Notes: generated by a model from the letters alone, not told the origin. DNA of 64,000 nucleotides from Squalus acanthias (GCA_030390025.1 JASTWF010000363.1:372001-436000), one strand, 5' to 3'; counted from the stretch's first letter, positions 13,324 through 26,121 are shown. Numbers and translations: made by a program.

Positions 13324-13620
13324 CATAAGAACATAAGAAATAGGAGCAGGAGTAGGCCAATCGGCCCCTCGAGCCTGCTCCGCCATTCAATAAGATCATG
13401 GCTGATCTGATCCTAACCGCCAATCTACTATCACATAACCATCTCCTGCATCTAACAGGATTGCACACACGAAATAGGAGCAGAATCAGGCTACACGGTC
13501 CCTGGGCCCGCTCCACTACCCACAGGGCCATGATCGATCCGAACCTAGACTCATGTCCAAATTCCTGCCCGCTCCCCGTAACCCTTAATGCCCTTTACTT
13601 CTAGGAAACTGTCTATATCA
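13324..13620 (-). mobile_element. CR1 3' end with two tandem 3'UTR modules
   Basis: Same two-module layout as 2181-2372, with a different spacer. Confidence 0.85.
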
Positions 13621-14454
13621 GTGGTGTCAGTTGCTCCCACAAGTGGTCTGAGTGCCTTACTCTTATACGAATGTGTGAGTTAACTCCCATATCTACCTAT
13701 ATGATAGTAATAACAGTAGCATCCCTTTGTGATCTGGACCAGATACTTGTGCCTTTTGCACATGTATTTTTCAATCTCTCTGAAGGCAAAAGGAGTGAAC
13801 ACTTGGTGAGACAAGACTTGATAAAAATTTAATTCCCAACAGATGAACATACAGTATGATCGATTCACTTATTTCCATCAATACAACTTGTCTTCATGTA
13901 ATATAATAAAGATTACCCACTTCAGTGACTTGCCTTGCTGACTTACAGCTAATTTTCTAACTACTCTCTCTGTATTCAATCTTTCTCAAAGCCTTTTGCT
14001 GCCTGTCTCTAGCTTTCATAGCTCTTTGTGTTTTTAAAAGCCTAAATCCAGTGACAACTTTTAGTCAAACTGACTATCCCCCTCTCTGCAAAGAGCAGAA
14101 TCCACGAGCCTAACTTGGCAATGACCCCATCTAAGTTCAATTGAATGGAATTATCGCAGCAGCAATCAGTGTGAACGATCACTGGATGGTCATACTATTT
14201 TTCTTTGTCTTCAAGACACTGGTTCAGATTCCCTGTCTGGAAGCCAATCATACCTGCCACCCCTGCTGTACTGTATATGTTATCCCCAGTGAGTTAAGTT
14301 TAACTCAATCATAGCATTTTTTATATAATACGCCAATGTCTACTTCTGGCCGTATGGTCTGAAATCCCAAACCGTAACATTCCCAAATTGTTCTTTTAGT
14401 TCAATTGCCAAAGCCATTGACATCAGAATTAGCCACCATCGTCATATATCCTTT

Positions 14455-15056
14455 AGAATCATAGAATCACAGAATGATACAGCACAGGAAGAGGCTATTC
14501 GATCCATCGTGTCTGTGCCAGCTCTTTGAAAGAGCGATCCAATTAGTCCCACTCCCCTCTTCTTTCCTCATAGCTCTGCAAATTTTCCATTTCAAGTATT
14601 TATCCAATTCCCTTTTGAAAGTTATTATTGAATCTGCTTCCACCACCATTTCTGGCAGTGCATTCCAGATCATAACTTGCTGCATACATTTTTTCCCCCT
14701 CATGTCGCCGCTGGTTCTTTTGCCAATTAGCTTAAATCTGTGTCCTCTGGTTACCAAACCTTCTGCCACTGGAAACAGTTTCTCCTTATTTACTCTATCA
14801 ATGATTTTGAACACCTCTATCATATCTCCCCTTAACCTTCTCTGCTCTAAGGAGAACAACCCCAGTTTCTCTAGTCTCTCCACATAACTGAAGTCTTTCA
14901 TGCCTGGTACCATTCTAGTAAATCTCCTCAGCACCCTCTCCAAGGCCTTGACATCCTTCCTAAAGTGTGTTTCCCAGAATTGGACACAATACTCCAGTTT
15001 TTTTTTTATAAAGGTTTGGCATAACTTCTTGCTTTTGTACTCTTTGCCTCTATTTA
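14455..15056 (-). mobile_element. CR1 3' fragment
   Basis: LEKLGLFSLEQRRLRGDMIEVFKI; attctatg-type tail. Confidence 0.9.
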
Positions 15057-16597
15057 CTTTGCCTCAGTTGATGTCAATCAACAACCTTGAGATCCTTTGG
15101 GTTGGTATGAAAATGTACCAGGAAGACTTTGGGTTTAAAGGTAGCTTTTGTTATCCAGAAATGAATGGTTCTCTCCCATTATTTTGATAGCTTATCATAA
15201 CATTCTGGAGTTTAGTCTCTTGAAAACATGTCTAAGGAAAGTAGAATTCAAGATAGAAATGTTACTGCATGCGCCATAGGTCTCCAGAATACAAACTTTT
15301 GCAGAAGTGTACGTCCCTCTCATTGAAAGTACTTCATATTCAACATTCAGGGAGTATTTGTTTTTAACCTGATATCAGCATCCAGAGTGTTCACAAAGTG
15401 CTTTTCGGTAATGTCAGCCTTTTTTACTCAATGCCAGACTTTTCATGATAGTTTTATAATTAAACCTTCTTATTCCATAGTCTCCTAAGAATGCTTGGTT
15501 ATCATCAGGATTGAACAAGAGTAAGCAGTTTCCTTTACTTGTTAGTCCCAAGTGAGGTGTTTCTAGTGTATTCAATCTGTGGATTCTCTTTTCATTTCTA
15601 ACTCTGATAACAGATACTTCATTTTCTGTGTGGGATGCTCATTTCCAAGGATCTGGGACCCAGTCTGGGTATATAATTGGTATATAAATTAAGCGAAGCT
15701 TCAAGTTGGCTGGCTAGCTGACATTGCAATACCTCAGAAACCGGTTTGTTCATCTATTCAGTACACAACACTTCCTTATTGAAGTACATCAACAAATCAG
15801 GTGAGACCTAGACCCACTTACAACTAGGCACATTCCAATTCTGGCATTAATGTCGCCAAATTAATCATTCTGAATAGCTGCTAGAAATTATGTAAAATGT
15901 ACACCAATATGGGCCCTACACTTAGACCCTGTTGCCTTTATACTGCAGAAATGGGGTTATCCAGAAATAGCCACTTTTCAAATCCATAGGTCCCAGGTTC
16001 ACGGAGTTGTCTTTTGTTCTCCTGGGAGGGAATGCATTTTACTCTGATTCCGTGAATCCTATAGATGATGTGAGCAAGGGCATCAGTGCTTCCTGGCTGA
16101 GAATAGTGGAGCTCCTGAACCTGCTTCAGCTCTTGCATCCAAGCTCTAACGTCTCAAATAAATGGATAAATCTGATAAACTACCACCCAGAGCTCAAGTT
16201 CCTGGAAGAATGTCTCTTATGTGTTATCTAGGAAGTCTTCCACTCTAAGAGCATGTAATTTGAATAGATTTTTCAGTGGCTACTATGACTCTCAAAACTA
16301 TCCTTACACTCAAGCTTTATGTATAATGTTCAATCAAATTTCATGTGCCTGATATTCAGCCTGTGTGTTTTAGGAGAACTTACCACTGTTATTTAGAATC
16401 GTGATGAAGAGCTATAAGATTAAACCATTCATCAATATCTTTAGTACTCCATAAACTTATCATTTTTTAGTGAAGCCCATAATGTCAGATGATCCATAGC
16501 ATCTTTCTACAGAGCCACGCTGCTTGATCTGATTTCAGTGTGTTGAGTGGGTTCCAAGCAGCTTCTCCTTAAATGGGTTATGGAATAAATAACAGGG

Positions 16598-16735
16598 AAG
16601 GGTAGTGTAGTGGTTATGTTACTGGACTAATAATTCAGAGAAAGTGAGTTCAATTCCCACCTTGGCAGTTTGAGAATTTGAATTCAGTGTTTTTTAAAAT
16701 CTGAAAATAAAAAGGCAAGAATGTGAAGCAATCCT
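16598..16735 (+). mobile_element. Degenerate tRNA-derived SINE head
   Basis: A-box-like tagtgtagtggt and B-box-like gagttcaattccc. Confidence 0.5.
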
Positions 16736-17159
16736 CCTGCCATTACTAAATATTTCTGTTTAGACCTGTCCTCAAAGGAGCACTTTTGGTTTAACAGTCC
16801 TTAAAATGCTTTCAAATCGCATCAAAGCTGAACACCTAATTTCTGGCACTACTTTGAAATTTTCTTAATGTTTGTGGAGGATGGGCAAATGGTGAAGAAA
16901 AATAATTACCAACCTTTGATACATTCATCTGCTTTATAATCCTGCACATATGGAGCTCCTGCCTTCCTTAAACCACAAGAGTTTTTGGAGCAAAAAATTT
17001 ATTTTGCTGAATGTGTTAAACATTGCTTGTCCTACAGCTGTCTCCCTTGAAAAGAGCTAAGAAGTGACTAGTAATGTTGACCAGAGGATCCCACTTTGTG
17101 ATACTCTCAGGGTCTTGACACAATTCAAAAGTCTCATGGAAAAAATTTCTGACACCCAG

Positions 17160-18006
17160 GGGCCGGAATTTTGCCGGCGCTCAGGGGTCGGGACATCCGG
17201 GAAAATCGCAAAGATTGACAGCGGGTCGGAAACCCGGTCAACCCGCCTCCAATTAATCTTCCCAAGTGTCAGGTCCCCGATTTGCGCATGGACCCGACAC
17301 CTAGTGGCAGGAAGAGGATTACAGCCACTTAAATGCTTCTTAACAGGTTGTTAATAGGCAGTAAAGAGGCTTTTTGCAATTTTGACAGTTCTACTGCAGG
17401 CTTCCCAACGTTCGGACACCACGCCAGGTAAGTGTGGCGTGCTGTGGGTCTACTGTAATGTTTCTGCATTGATGACAGCTGCAGAAGTGGTGTGAAGGAT
17501 CCAATGGTGCACTGGTGAGTTTCAGAGGTAAGAAAATGTTGGGAAAATCATTTTTAATGCATTTACACTTTTATGTAGGTAACAAGTTTTGGAATGTATG
17601 TGTAGTCCCACCTCATTGGGAGAACCTCTCTCACCAGTAACAGATCGCTTCTCTAACCTCACCTGCAGCTGCCATCTGTTCTAGCCTAAGGAGGGAGTCA
17701 CAGGAGAGCCTTGGTGCAAGAGCTCACCTTTGTACAGTGATTGCAGCACCTCAATGCTGTCAAACACTGAGAAATCAGCAGTCATAAAAAATTGTGCGTG
17801 GTCCCTTTAAGAAAACCGGCAGATGACGTGTCATCAACTGACGTCATCGGACGTCATCTGACACCGACTTCCTCTTAATTGGCCGGCTTAACTAGCCCAA
17901 TTGACGCAAAAATACGTCTGTGTGTCTGATGTCGTTGGGGGCGGGACTGGAACCCGGAAGGCAGCTGTCCCGCACCCAAGCTACCTCGAACCAGAAAATC
18001 ACAGCC
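17160..18006. mobile_element. GGCC..AATT-ended non-autonomous element, possibly Harbinger-derived
   Basis: Starts ggggccggaattttg, ends cagaaaatcacagcc; minus strand near 17690-17725 reads ALAPRLSCDSLL, similar to the Myb/SANT remnant at 33.7 kb. Confidence 0.5.
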
Positions 18007-18467
18007 TAGTTTCAGGAGAGTTCATACAGCAGTCATTACAAAGTGTTTTGTTGTGGAAGCGCCCTTTTATGTAGATTATTTTCCTAATCAGAATGTGTGA
18101 AATATCAACCTGTTTCTTAAGATAACAAATTCTTCTTTGGAAGCTAGATCTCAGTTTAAACTATCTTACGTTATATATTTGGGCTCATTTTCTGATACAG
18201 CCCAAATCAGCTGACAGGCACTTTTTCTGGCTTTGGCTTTGCTGGAAAAGTCAGTGAAGAGATTATTAATAGCTAACTACTCAGACCTCATCTTAAAAAT
18301 AGCCTCAAACCACATTCTTGCCTAATGTCTCTTTGTCCATTTAATTTGGGAAAGGTGAGAATTCTCCCATTTTCAATCCTGGCCCCACACAAGTTATAAA
18401 CTGAATGGAAGATCAATTGTATTGGTGAATGCACCTTTGTGCGATTATGTTGATTGAACACTGAAGA

Positions 18468-19090
18468 CTGGGAAATCCAAAATAACAGCAGAAAACGCTG
18501 GAAAAACTCAGCAGGCCAGGCAGCATCCGTAGAGAGAGAAACAGAGTTAACGTTTCAGGTCGAAGACCTTTCGTCAGAACTGGAAAAAGCAGGAAATGAA
18601 ATAGATTTAAAGCAAGTATAAAGCTGAGAAAAGGGGGAGGGTATGAAAGAAAGAGAGAGATTAAGAGACATTGAGAGATAATCAAGGCGAGAGGAGGTGT
18701 TAATGTGACAGGTTGAGGCTAGATGAAGTGTGAGATGCGCTGGCAGAATGACAGCTGCCAGCTTCTGGGAGGGAAAAAAAAAGGGGGGCCCAAACAAAAG
18801 GGTGGATGAAAAAATAAAATATAAATGTGATAGGGGCTGAGGTTATGATCTAAAATTGTTGAACTCGATGTTGAGTCCAGAGGGCTGTAGGGTGCCTAAA
18901 CGAAAGATGAGGTACTGTTCCTCGAGCTTACGCTGAGCTTCCGTGGAACAGTGTAATAGGCCGAGGACGGTGAGGTCAGAGTGGGAGTGGAGCGGAGAAT
19001 TAAAGTGACAGGCCACCGGGAGCTCGGGGTCCCCCTTACGGACTGAACGGAGGTGTTCCGCAAAGCGGTCACCCAATCTGCGTTTGGTTT
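18468..19090 (-). mobile_element. Penelope-like element 3' fragment: GIY-YIG endonuclease C-terminus plus terminal repeat with hammerhead
   Basis: ORF 18843-19076 DRFAEHLRSV..PVACHFN..HS..EQYLIFRLGTLQPSGLN, typical of the PLE GIY-YIG end, followed by a hammerhead core. Confidence 0.88.
18545..18581 (-). ncRNA. Minimal type I hammerhead ribozyme motif (PLE family 1)
   Basis: Minus strand agtt-CTGACGA-a-aggtc-ttc-gacct-GAAA-cg-TT-aact: stem I agtt/aact, stem II aggtc/gacct, palindromic AACGTT in place of stem III. Confidence 0.8.
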
Positions 19091-19706
19091 GGGTCTCCTA
19101 TGAGTACAAACAAATGTTCATGTTAACCTGTGTCAAAACTGGGAAGATAAAGGTGATTTGGGGAGACTATTTAATACTGTTGTCAACCAGCTAAAGAAAG
19201 AAATCTTCTGGTGAAGTAAATTACCAGTTAAAGGGAACAATGTTGTTGACGTAGAGGCAGAAGTACTTTCCACTGAACGTATCCTCCCATAAACATTTCA
19301 ATAAATGCTTGTTTTGTGAGGACAAATTCCAAATGTGAAGAGTCTTTGGGGTAGGCTGCAAGAGACAATGCTCTCGAACAGGTCTCCCGGCCAGGGGTCT
19401 TTTGCCGATGTATATTTGGTGCCTTTTTTATGTGGTGGCTCTCATTATGCCAAAAAAGGATCACCATTGTTGCTGGTCCTGGATAATGCAAGTTCTAGTC
19501 TCTAATGACATTAAACAGTTCAGAGTGAGCACATAAAATGCTCATTAATGTATTTATCACTTCCAGGCTCGAATACTCCAGTGCTCGCTGGCCAGCCTCC
19601 CATATTCCACTGTCCATAAACTTCAGCTTATCCAAAACAGTATAATCTACTGTAATACATAACAGTTTCTTGATTGGAAACGTTTAACTGGATTGCTTTT
19701 TGCTGT

Positions 19707-19935
19707 TACAATAGCAAAATACTGCGGATGCTGGAAAACTGAAATAACAACAGAAAGCGCTGGAAAAACTCAGCAGGCCAGGCAGCATCCGTGGAGAGAG
19801 AAACAGAGTTAACGTTTCAGGTCGAAGACCTTTCGTCAGTTCTGACGAAGGGTCTTCGACCTGAAACGTTAACTCTGTTTCTCCACGGATGTTGCCTGGC
19901 CTGCTGAGTTTTTCCAGCGCTTTCTGTTGTTATTT
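19707..19935. mobile_element. Fold-back PLE family 1 insertion with two back-to-back hammerhead cores
   Basis: Arms 19742-19839 and 19842-19935; 14-bp TSD ttgctttttgctgt at 19693-19706 and 19936-19949. Confidence 0.88.
19838..19874 (+). ncRNA. Minimal hammerhead motif (a mirror core lies on the minus strand at 19807-19843)
   Basis: agtt-CTGACGA-a-gggtc-ttc-gacct-GAAA-cg-TT-aact. Confidence 0.8.
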
Positions 19936-22099
19936 TTGCTTTTTGCTGTGGTTGCATTTTACTTGAAGGACTTGTTATTGTTATGGCTGCTGTTGTAACA
20001 GTAGTATTGTCATCAAGATTGGGATTAACATAAACCTTGTTCACATAAACAACATTCTTGTCTCTTAACACATTCTGATGTAGAACATGACTAAAAGGAC
20101 AACACTGTTGATACCCCCAGGTATTCTCAAAGCTCAGTTTCTGAATGATAAGTTCTTAAAGAGATTTTTTTAAAGAAATGCTCAGTAAACCTTTTTGTTT
20201 GCGAAGTGCAGTCATTCAAGCTGTATTGAAATAAGTTATCATATTCTTCAAAATTCAATGGGCCTTGCCATATAATTTCAGTGCAAAAGATTCATGGCAC
20301 TGAAGAAACTGGGGCCGGTTTAAACTGCCTCCACCCTGCATAAATGGGGCAGTTGGAGCCTGAAAATTACATCAGGTCACTTACACCCATTGGCTCTCCA
20401 GCTGCCGCCATCTTGGGTAAGGTCCCGAGAAGGATAGCTAGAGCACACGCCTGTTTCAGGTTAGAGACCACTTGTAATATGCAAATCAGGATCCTATGTT
20501 GTACATAGGAACACGATTGCAATTTTGAGGTACAAATGGGCAGACCATGCGCTGCCGATACTGCACACATTTATACAGGTGTGGAGCGACTTAACCAACC
20601 GGCTTAAAGGAACTGCTGAAGGCTGCTCAGAAAAAAGCCCAAAGATTTTTTTTTCATTTTTGTGGAGCTAGGGGGAGCATTCCTTCCTCTCCTGGCTCCA
20701 TAAAAAATATTCCAGCCCACACCCGGTCTGTGCGCTGCCTCCCCAGGATCACAACCCACCCACCCCCGTGCTCCAACTGTCATTCGATTCCATGTAGAGT
20801 TGATTTCCCACCATCCCCAACCAGACAGCTGCCTCGGAGCGAGCTACATGCAAAGGAGGCCCGGAGTGCAAAACGGTTTGTGCCTCATGGTGGTTAAAAC
20901 AGGCACCTACCAGCTGTTGGCACCAATATCTCTCTCAAACCATAGCTTTTAATCTATCAAAATTTGAAAATCCAAACACATACACAGCACAAATTCCATT
21001 CTTAGCAAGCTAAGGGTTAAAGATATGAATTAGTGGTTATATTGAATTCAATAATAACATGCGAACACAGATAAAGATTGTAAAGGGATATGGTGAAAGT
21101 AATTTAGGCACCTGGTAGATAATGCACACTATACTATGAGTACAAACCATTCAAACAAAAGGAAATCTGAATATGAAGTAGGTTGGATGGTGCAACTTTT
21201 AGTCTGTCGTTCAGGGAAAGTATTTAAGTAAACACCCTACCCCCTCCTGTCTGATCTCTTTCCAAGTAAAAAGTTGGGTAAAAAGTTTTGTGATGTAATG
21301 AAATCAATGACACTTTTGCCTTTCCCTCTTTTTTATTTTGATAAGAATTGGCTGAAATCAGAACGTGAAACACTAGGATTTTATAAATAAAAATGCAACC
21401 ATTCCCCTTGTTCCCCGTGATATTGTAAATTTAGGATTTCTTATAGAATTTAATCAGTAATTTATTTTGCAGGTTAGTTTCTAACACTGTTCCAGCTATT
21501 GAGGGAAAACTGGTTAGAAACTCTTTGGACCCCAACTTCCTCTTTCTCTGCTATCATTTCTTCAGATGTTCATTACATCCAGGCAATACCCATGAGTCAC
21601 TTAAAATAAAATCAACAACTGATGCTTTTTAGTAAGTTGTAAGGAAGCACCTGCGCAGTAAAACATTATCACAATATTTACACGACTGTATTCTGTATCG
21701 GTCATGGTCTGCATGTTATATCAGTTTACTAATTGGAATGGAAAAAAGGGATATGTGCACTGAAAATTTTAGAACCATATACATATGTGTGATGTACCCA
21801 TCTTAGTCTTAAAAGGTTTTTTTTTAAAGATTCTTAAGTGATCTGCCTATCTTTCATCTATCAACCACATATGAAAACATCCTAGCACAAATGAAACATG
21901 AAATACAAATCATTTGGATACTATGGGAAGTAATTCATATTACAGGCAAGTTTATCCACTGTTATGAAGCTGATGAATTTATTAGTCTCATGATACAGCC
22001 CATTAAAATGTTTCTTATCAGTGTTTCACCTTATTGCATTTTAAGCTCATACACAAGCTATAATAGAACTTCCACAAGAGCAGATGAAAAGTACAGGTT

Positions 22100-22975
22100 T
22101 TATAGAATCTTACAGCAAAAAGGAGGCCATTCGGCCCCGTGCTGGGTCTTTGAAAGAGCTATCCAATTAGTCCCACTCCCTTACTCTTTCCCTGTAGCCC
22201 TCCAATTTTCTCCTCTTCAAGTATTTATCCAATTCCCTTTTGAAAGTTACTAATGAATCAGCTTCCACCGCCCTTTCGGGCAGTGTATTCCAAATCATAA
22301 TAACTCGCTGCCTAAATGTTTTTATCCTCATCTCACCTCTGGCTCTTTTGCCAATTACCGTAAATCTTTGTCCTCTGGTTACCGACCCTCCAGCCAGTTT
22401 CTCCTTATTTACTCTATCAAAGCCATACATGATTTTGAACACCTCTATTAAATCTCCCCTTAACCTTCTCTGCTCATCAAAGCCATACATGATTTTGAAC
22501 ACCTCTATTAAATCTCCCCTTAACCTTCACTGCTCGAAGGAGAACAACCCCAGCTTTTCTAGTCTCTGCACGTTTCTCCCAAAGTGCATCACTTCACACT
22601 TCTCTGCATTAAATTCCATCTGCCATGCGTCTGCCCATTTCACCAGTCTGTCTATGTCCTCCTGACGTCTGCTACTATCCTGCTCATCACTATTTACTAT
22701 GTTGCCAAGTTTGGTAACATCTGCAAATTTCAGAATTGTACTCCCTATACCCAAGTCCAGGTCATTTATATATAACAAGAAAACCACAGGTCCTAATACC
22801 GACACCTGGGGGACCGCACTACATACTTCTCTCTGGTCAGAAAAACATCTGTTCACCACTACTCTCTGCCTCCCATCCCTTAGCCAATTATATACTCAAG
22901 TTATCACTGTCCCTTCAACAGCTGTTCTTCTATTTTCTGAATAAGTCTGTTATGAGGTACTTTAGCAAATGCCTA
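22100..22975 (-). mobile_element. Degenerate CR1 3' fragment with an internal 60-bp tandem duplication (22416-22535)
   Basis: VPQVSVLGP, KFADVTKLG, and RRLRGDLIEVFKIMYGFD present twice. Confidence 0.9.
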
Positions 22976-23589
22976 TTGTACTGTGTATTTCTCAAGCAAA
23001 ATGTCACAATTTCTCACTTTGAAAATACTACAGTAGAAAGTCCACAACCAACACGAAAGCCAGTATCCTTACATAGAACTGTCAGAATAGATTGTTCAAT
23101 GGTTATAAAAGAGGTTCACATTTTCTTCAGTTTTAAAATAGAACCCAAGGCAGAAGGAACATTTGAATATAAACCCGAAGCTAATACTGCAAAGTATTTA
23201 TTGGTTGATTACGCAAACGTATCTTGTTACGGTTTTTATAATAGTTGCAAACTGTCTGCAATATAAATATATCGGTAAGACTGCCTACAGCCGGCCTCAA
23301 CAACGACCTGTCACTAGAGAGCACTCTGCAAAGAGTCAATGTACCAAAACTATCAGTCAGCTCGCACTGTTCAATGTCTGAGTGAAAGCTGACAGTTACT
23401 GGGGAGAACTCCAACATCAGAGCTCGGCTGTGATGCAGATAATCCCATTAACAGTGTGCACTCTGCTCTCAAATGGCCTCTGGGTGTTGATGCGTCTAAT
23501 TTGCTGGAGTATTTTAAATCTGGCTACTTTGGTGTGTGCCCCTAACTGGGTGATTCGGCAGCAGTCCCTTCCCTGCAAATCCATCCCTG

Positions 23590-24560
23590 TCCTTGGGATC
23601 CGCCCGCCTGAGCCGCACCGAGCCGCCGGCGAGGGAAGGCTTGCGAGGGGAGACAATGAGCACTGCGGCCGGCAATGAGAGCTCTCGATCGGCCGCCCCA
23701 GCAGCGACCGTAGCGGAGGGAAACCTTCGGGCGGCAGAGAACGATTCTCTTTTCATCAGGAACAGTTCCTTCAGGAGAAACTCTCAGACCTCGACCGCCA
23801 GCCTCAGCCGAGAGATCGGCGCCGCTTCCAACATCAAAGCCCGTCCAGCCTTCATCATCACTTCGGGGCAATTCCTGGAGAACCCCTCGGACTGCACCAG
23901 CAGCCCCGGGCCGCCCGCCGCCAGCAGGACCGTCTTCTACAAGGGCCTCTGCCTCTTGCTGCTGCTCTGCCAGGGGGGGCTTTTCGATTTCTACCTGATT
24001 ATTTTTACCGACCTGTACTGGTGCTCTTGGATCGCCACCGATCTGGTGGTCATAGCCGGCTGGCTGATCTTCTTCCTCAAGCACGCCAAGCGGAGAGGAG
24101 CCGGCGACAAGGCGGCGCCCGGGGCGCCCGACAGAGGCCAGTTCGCTTTCGCCTACTTGGCTTGGCTGATTTATGTCATCGCCTGCACGCCCAAAATGGT
24201 GCTGATCCTGGAGACCTCCATCCTCGACCTGATCGAGCTCAAGGTCCCCCTGGGCACCACCGGCTTCAAAATCGTGGTCATGTCGTCCGTGCCCTTGCTC
24301 TACACGTTGATAAACTCGGTGAGCGAAGACCTGAGCTGCCACCGGGCGCAGCACTATTACAGCCGGACATGCCTCGACCTCCTGGACAGCTTCACTCTCA
24401 TGGAGCTGCTGCTGGCCGGCCAGATCCCCAGCGTTTACCTCAAGTACACGGTCACCGCCGTCTACTTCGTCTCCTTTTTCATTCCGGTGCTCTGGCTCTA
24501 TGAACTCAATTCATTGCAGCTGGATTACAAGTGCGTCGTGTTCCGCTTCCTGTCCGGTTA
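23590..24560. promoter_or_regulatory. CpG-rich, GC-rich island over the TMEM121B start and coding region
   Basis: Visibly dense CpG against an AT-rich background; not computed. Confidence 0.55.
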
Positions 24561-24813
24561 CGCGGTGAATGCCCCTCTCTTGGTGGTCAGGTGCTTTCTT
24601 GTCTTTATTTATGACCAACAGGTCTCGGTGTTCCTGTTTAAGAATGTCTTCTGGCTGTGCTGTGACTGCGCCGAGGTGCTGGAGCAATGTTGCAGTGTGA
24701 GACGTGTCCGTAAGTATTCGAGCCCTCCCGTGCAGTTCACACATTGCATTTCAGAGAATGAGATGTGTGCACATGGATACGTGAACACCCTGGCAGTGAC
24801 TGCCCAGTCCTAG
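23656..24813 (+). CDS. TMEM121B: Transmembrane protein 121B (CECR6), single coding exon, about 385 aa from the first ATG
   Basis: Motifs FTDLYWCSWIATDL, FAFAYLAWLIY, TPKMVLILETSILDLIEL, TCLDLLDSFTL, PVLWLYELN, GYVNTLAV; adjacent to IL17RA. Confidence 0.9.
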   Translation: MSTAAGNESSRSAAPAATVAEGNLRAAENDSLFIRNSSFRRNSQTSTASLSREIGAASNIKARPAFIITSGQFLENPSDCTSSPGPPAASRTVFYKGLCLLLLLCQGGLFDFYLIIFTDLYWCSWIATDLVVIAGWLIFFLKHAKRRGAGDKAAPGAPDRGQFAFAYLAWLIYVIACTPKMVLILETSILDLIELKVPLGTTGFKIVVMSSVPLLYTLINSVSEDLSCHRAQHYYSRTCLDLLDSFTLMELLLAGQIPSVYLKYTVTAVYFVSFFIPVLWLYELNSLQLDYKCVVFRFLSGYAVNAPLLVVRCFLVFIYDQQVSVFLFKNVFWLCCDCAEVLEQCCSVRRVRKYSSPPVQFTHCISENEMCAHGYVNTLAVTAQS

Positions 24814-25128
24814 CAGCAGCAGGCCTTTCAGTCCAACCTGTAGGATTTATTGTTACATTTTATTTTTTTTGTAAACTCTTTTGTACCTGTCATTAGGGAT
24901 GCTTTTGAGTGTTTGTGTATCAATTCGTATTGGGACTAGTATTCGATTTCTGCACAACGAGTTGGATGTGAGAAACGTATTTTCTGGATTAGCTGTGCGT
25001 CCTGTCAGGCTGAGCCGATTCCCTTTAGTTTCACGCTTGAAGTCTAATTGGTTTTGTGAATTGCTTACCTCAGTTGTTCACGTTCAAGGCTGGAGTATGC
25101 GGTTTATGTCAAGTGAACGTAATCATCG

Positions 25129-25157
25129 CCAGTCCAACACCGGCATCTCCGCATCAT
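25129..25157 (+). repeat. 29-nt PLE family 2 terminal tail within the probable TMEM121B 3'UTR
   Basis: ccagtccaacaccggcatctccgcatcat is identical to 36086-36114. Confidence 0.75.
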
Positions 25158-26115
25158 CATAAGAAGTGTGGGAGGCAACTTCAGAATTGTATCCCTTCCA
25201 GGCTTTAGATTTAACCAGCCTCCACTGGCCCCATGTCTTGAGCCTGATCCCGATATTCAAAGGAAACCTAACGTTTACCTCGGTGTAGATTTAATTCTGA
25301 AGTCTACGTGGTAAGATGGAATGCAGGTCGATACTGACAGGTTACTGCTTCTTCTGAATTCAGTTTAGGCATTGATTATGCAATTGTCAACATAATACAG
25401 TGAAGGCCAGTTATAAGTAGGACTCCGTAACAGACCAATAATCACAGGGAGCATGAGAAAAAAAGTTCCATATAAGGAATCCACCCTTCATTGTGCTTGT
25501 TATGGAAGTTAACAACCTAATCAGAACAGATAGTGAAACTACAGTACACTGATGAGACCCATAGGATACAGATTAGGGTGTACCCAGAGGGTGCAATGAA
25601 TGCATTTGAGGGTATTTAAACCAATGCCAATAGTATTGTAATGAGGTGGTGAGGAGAAAGGTGCACAAATTATGCCATCAATTACGAATTTATGGACCTG
25701 CACTTGGTATGAAATATTGAGGTGTGTTAGCAACAGAGTCGACTGCACAGTATTAACCTGGAAAACGTTATTTAAAAAGAGCTTACGAAAATCAGGAATT
25801 GTTTCAATGTCACAGTATTACAGTAGATTAAGATAGCAAGGTACAGAATAGTTGTTTCAAATTAATATTTGTAGCCCATCAAATTTAGCATTTTACCAAA
25901 TGCAGCGTTAATGAAGAAACGTTGAAAAAAGTATTATATAATTTGGATGCTTATTTTAACTAACCTTACTGTAATTTTCATCTGTGATTGTAGTGTTTTT
26001 GTATTGAAGTCAGATTAATATGGTCAGAAGAAAGCCTATTTATATTTGTACGGTGTTTTCCACAGTTGGTATTGAATGTTCACAACATTGTGTATGAAGT
26101 CCTTTTAAAGATGTA

Positions 26116-26121
26116 AATAAA
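26116..26121 (+). promoter_or_regulatory. Probable TMEM121B polyadenylation signal
   Basis: AATAAA at the end of an AT-rich stretch, followed by GT/T-rich sequence. Confidence 0.55.

Noticed and set aside
1..23500. Exons of the expected neighbour HDHD5
   Set aside because: No recognisable peptide found by eye; small exons cannot be excluded.
23593..23655. ORF-track N-terminal extension of TMEM121B
   Set aside because: Begins at TTG; the first in-frame ATG is at 23656.
23542..24354. 270-aa antisense ORF (and a 160-aa alternative-frame ORF) over TMEM121B
   Set aside because: Expected shadow of a GC-rich coding sequence; no recognisable motifs.
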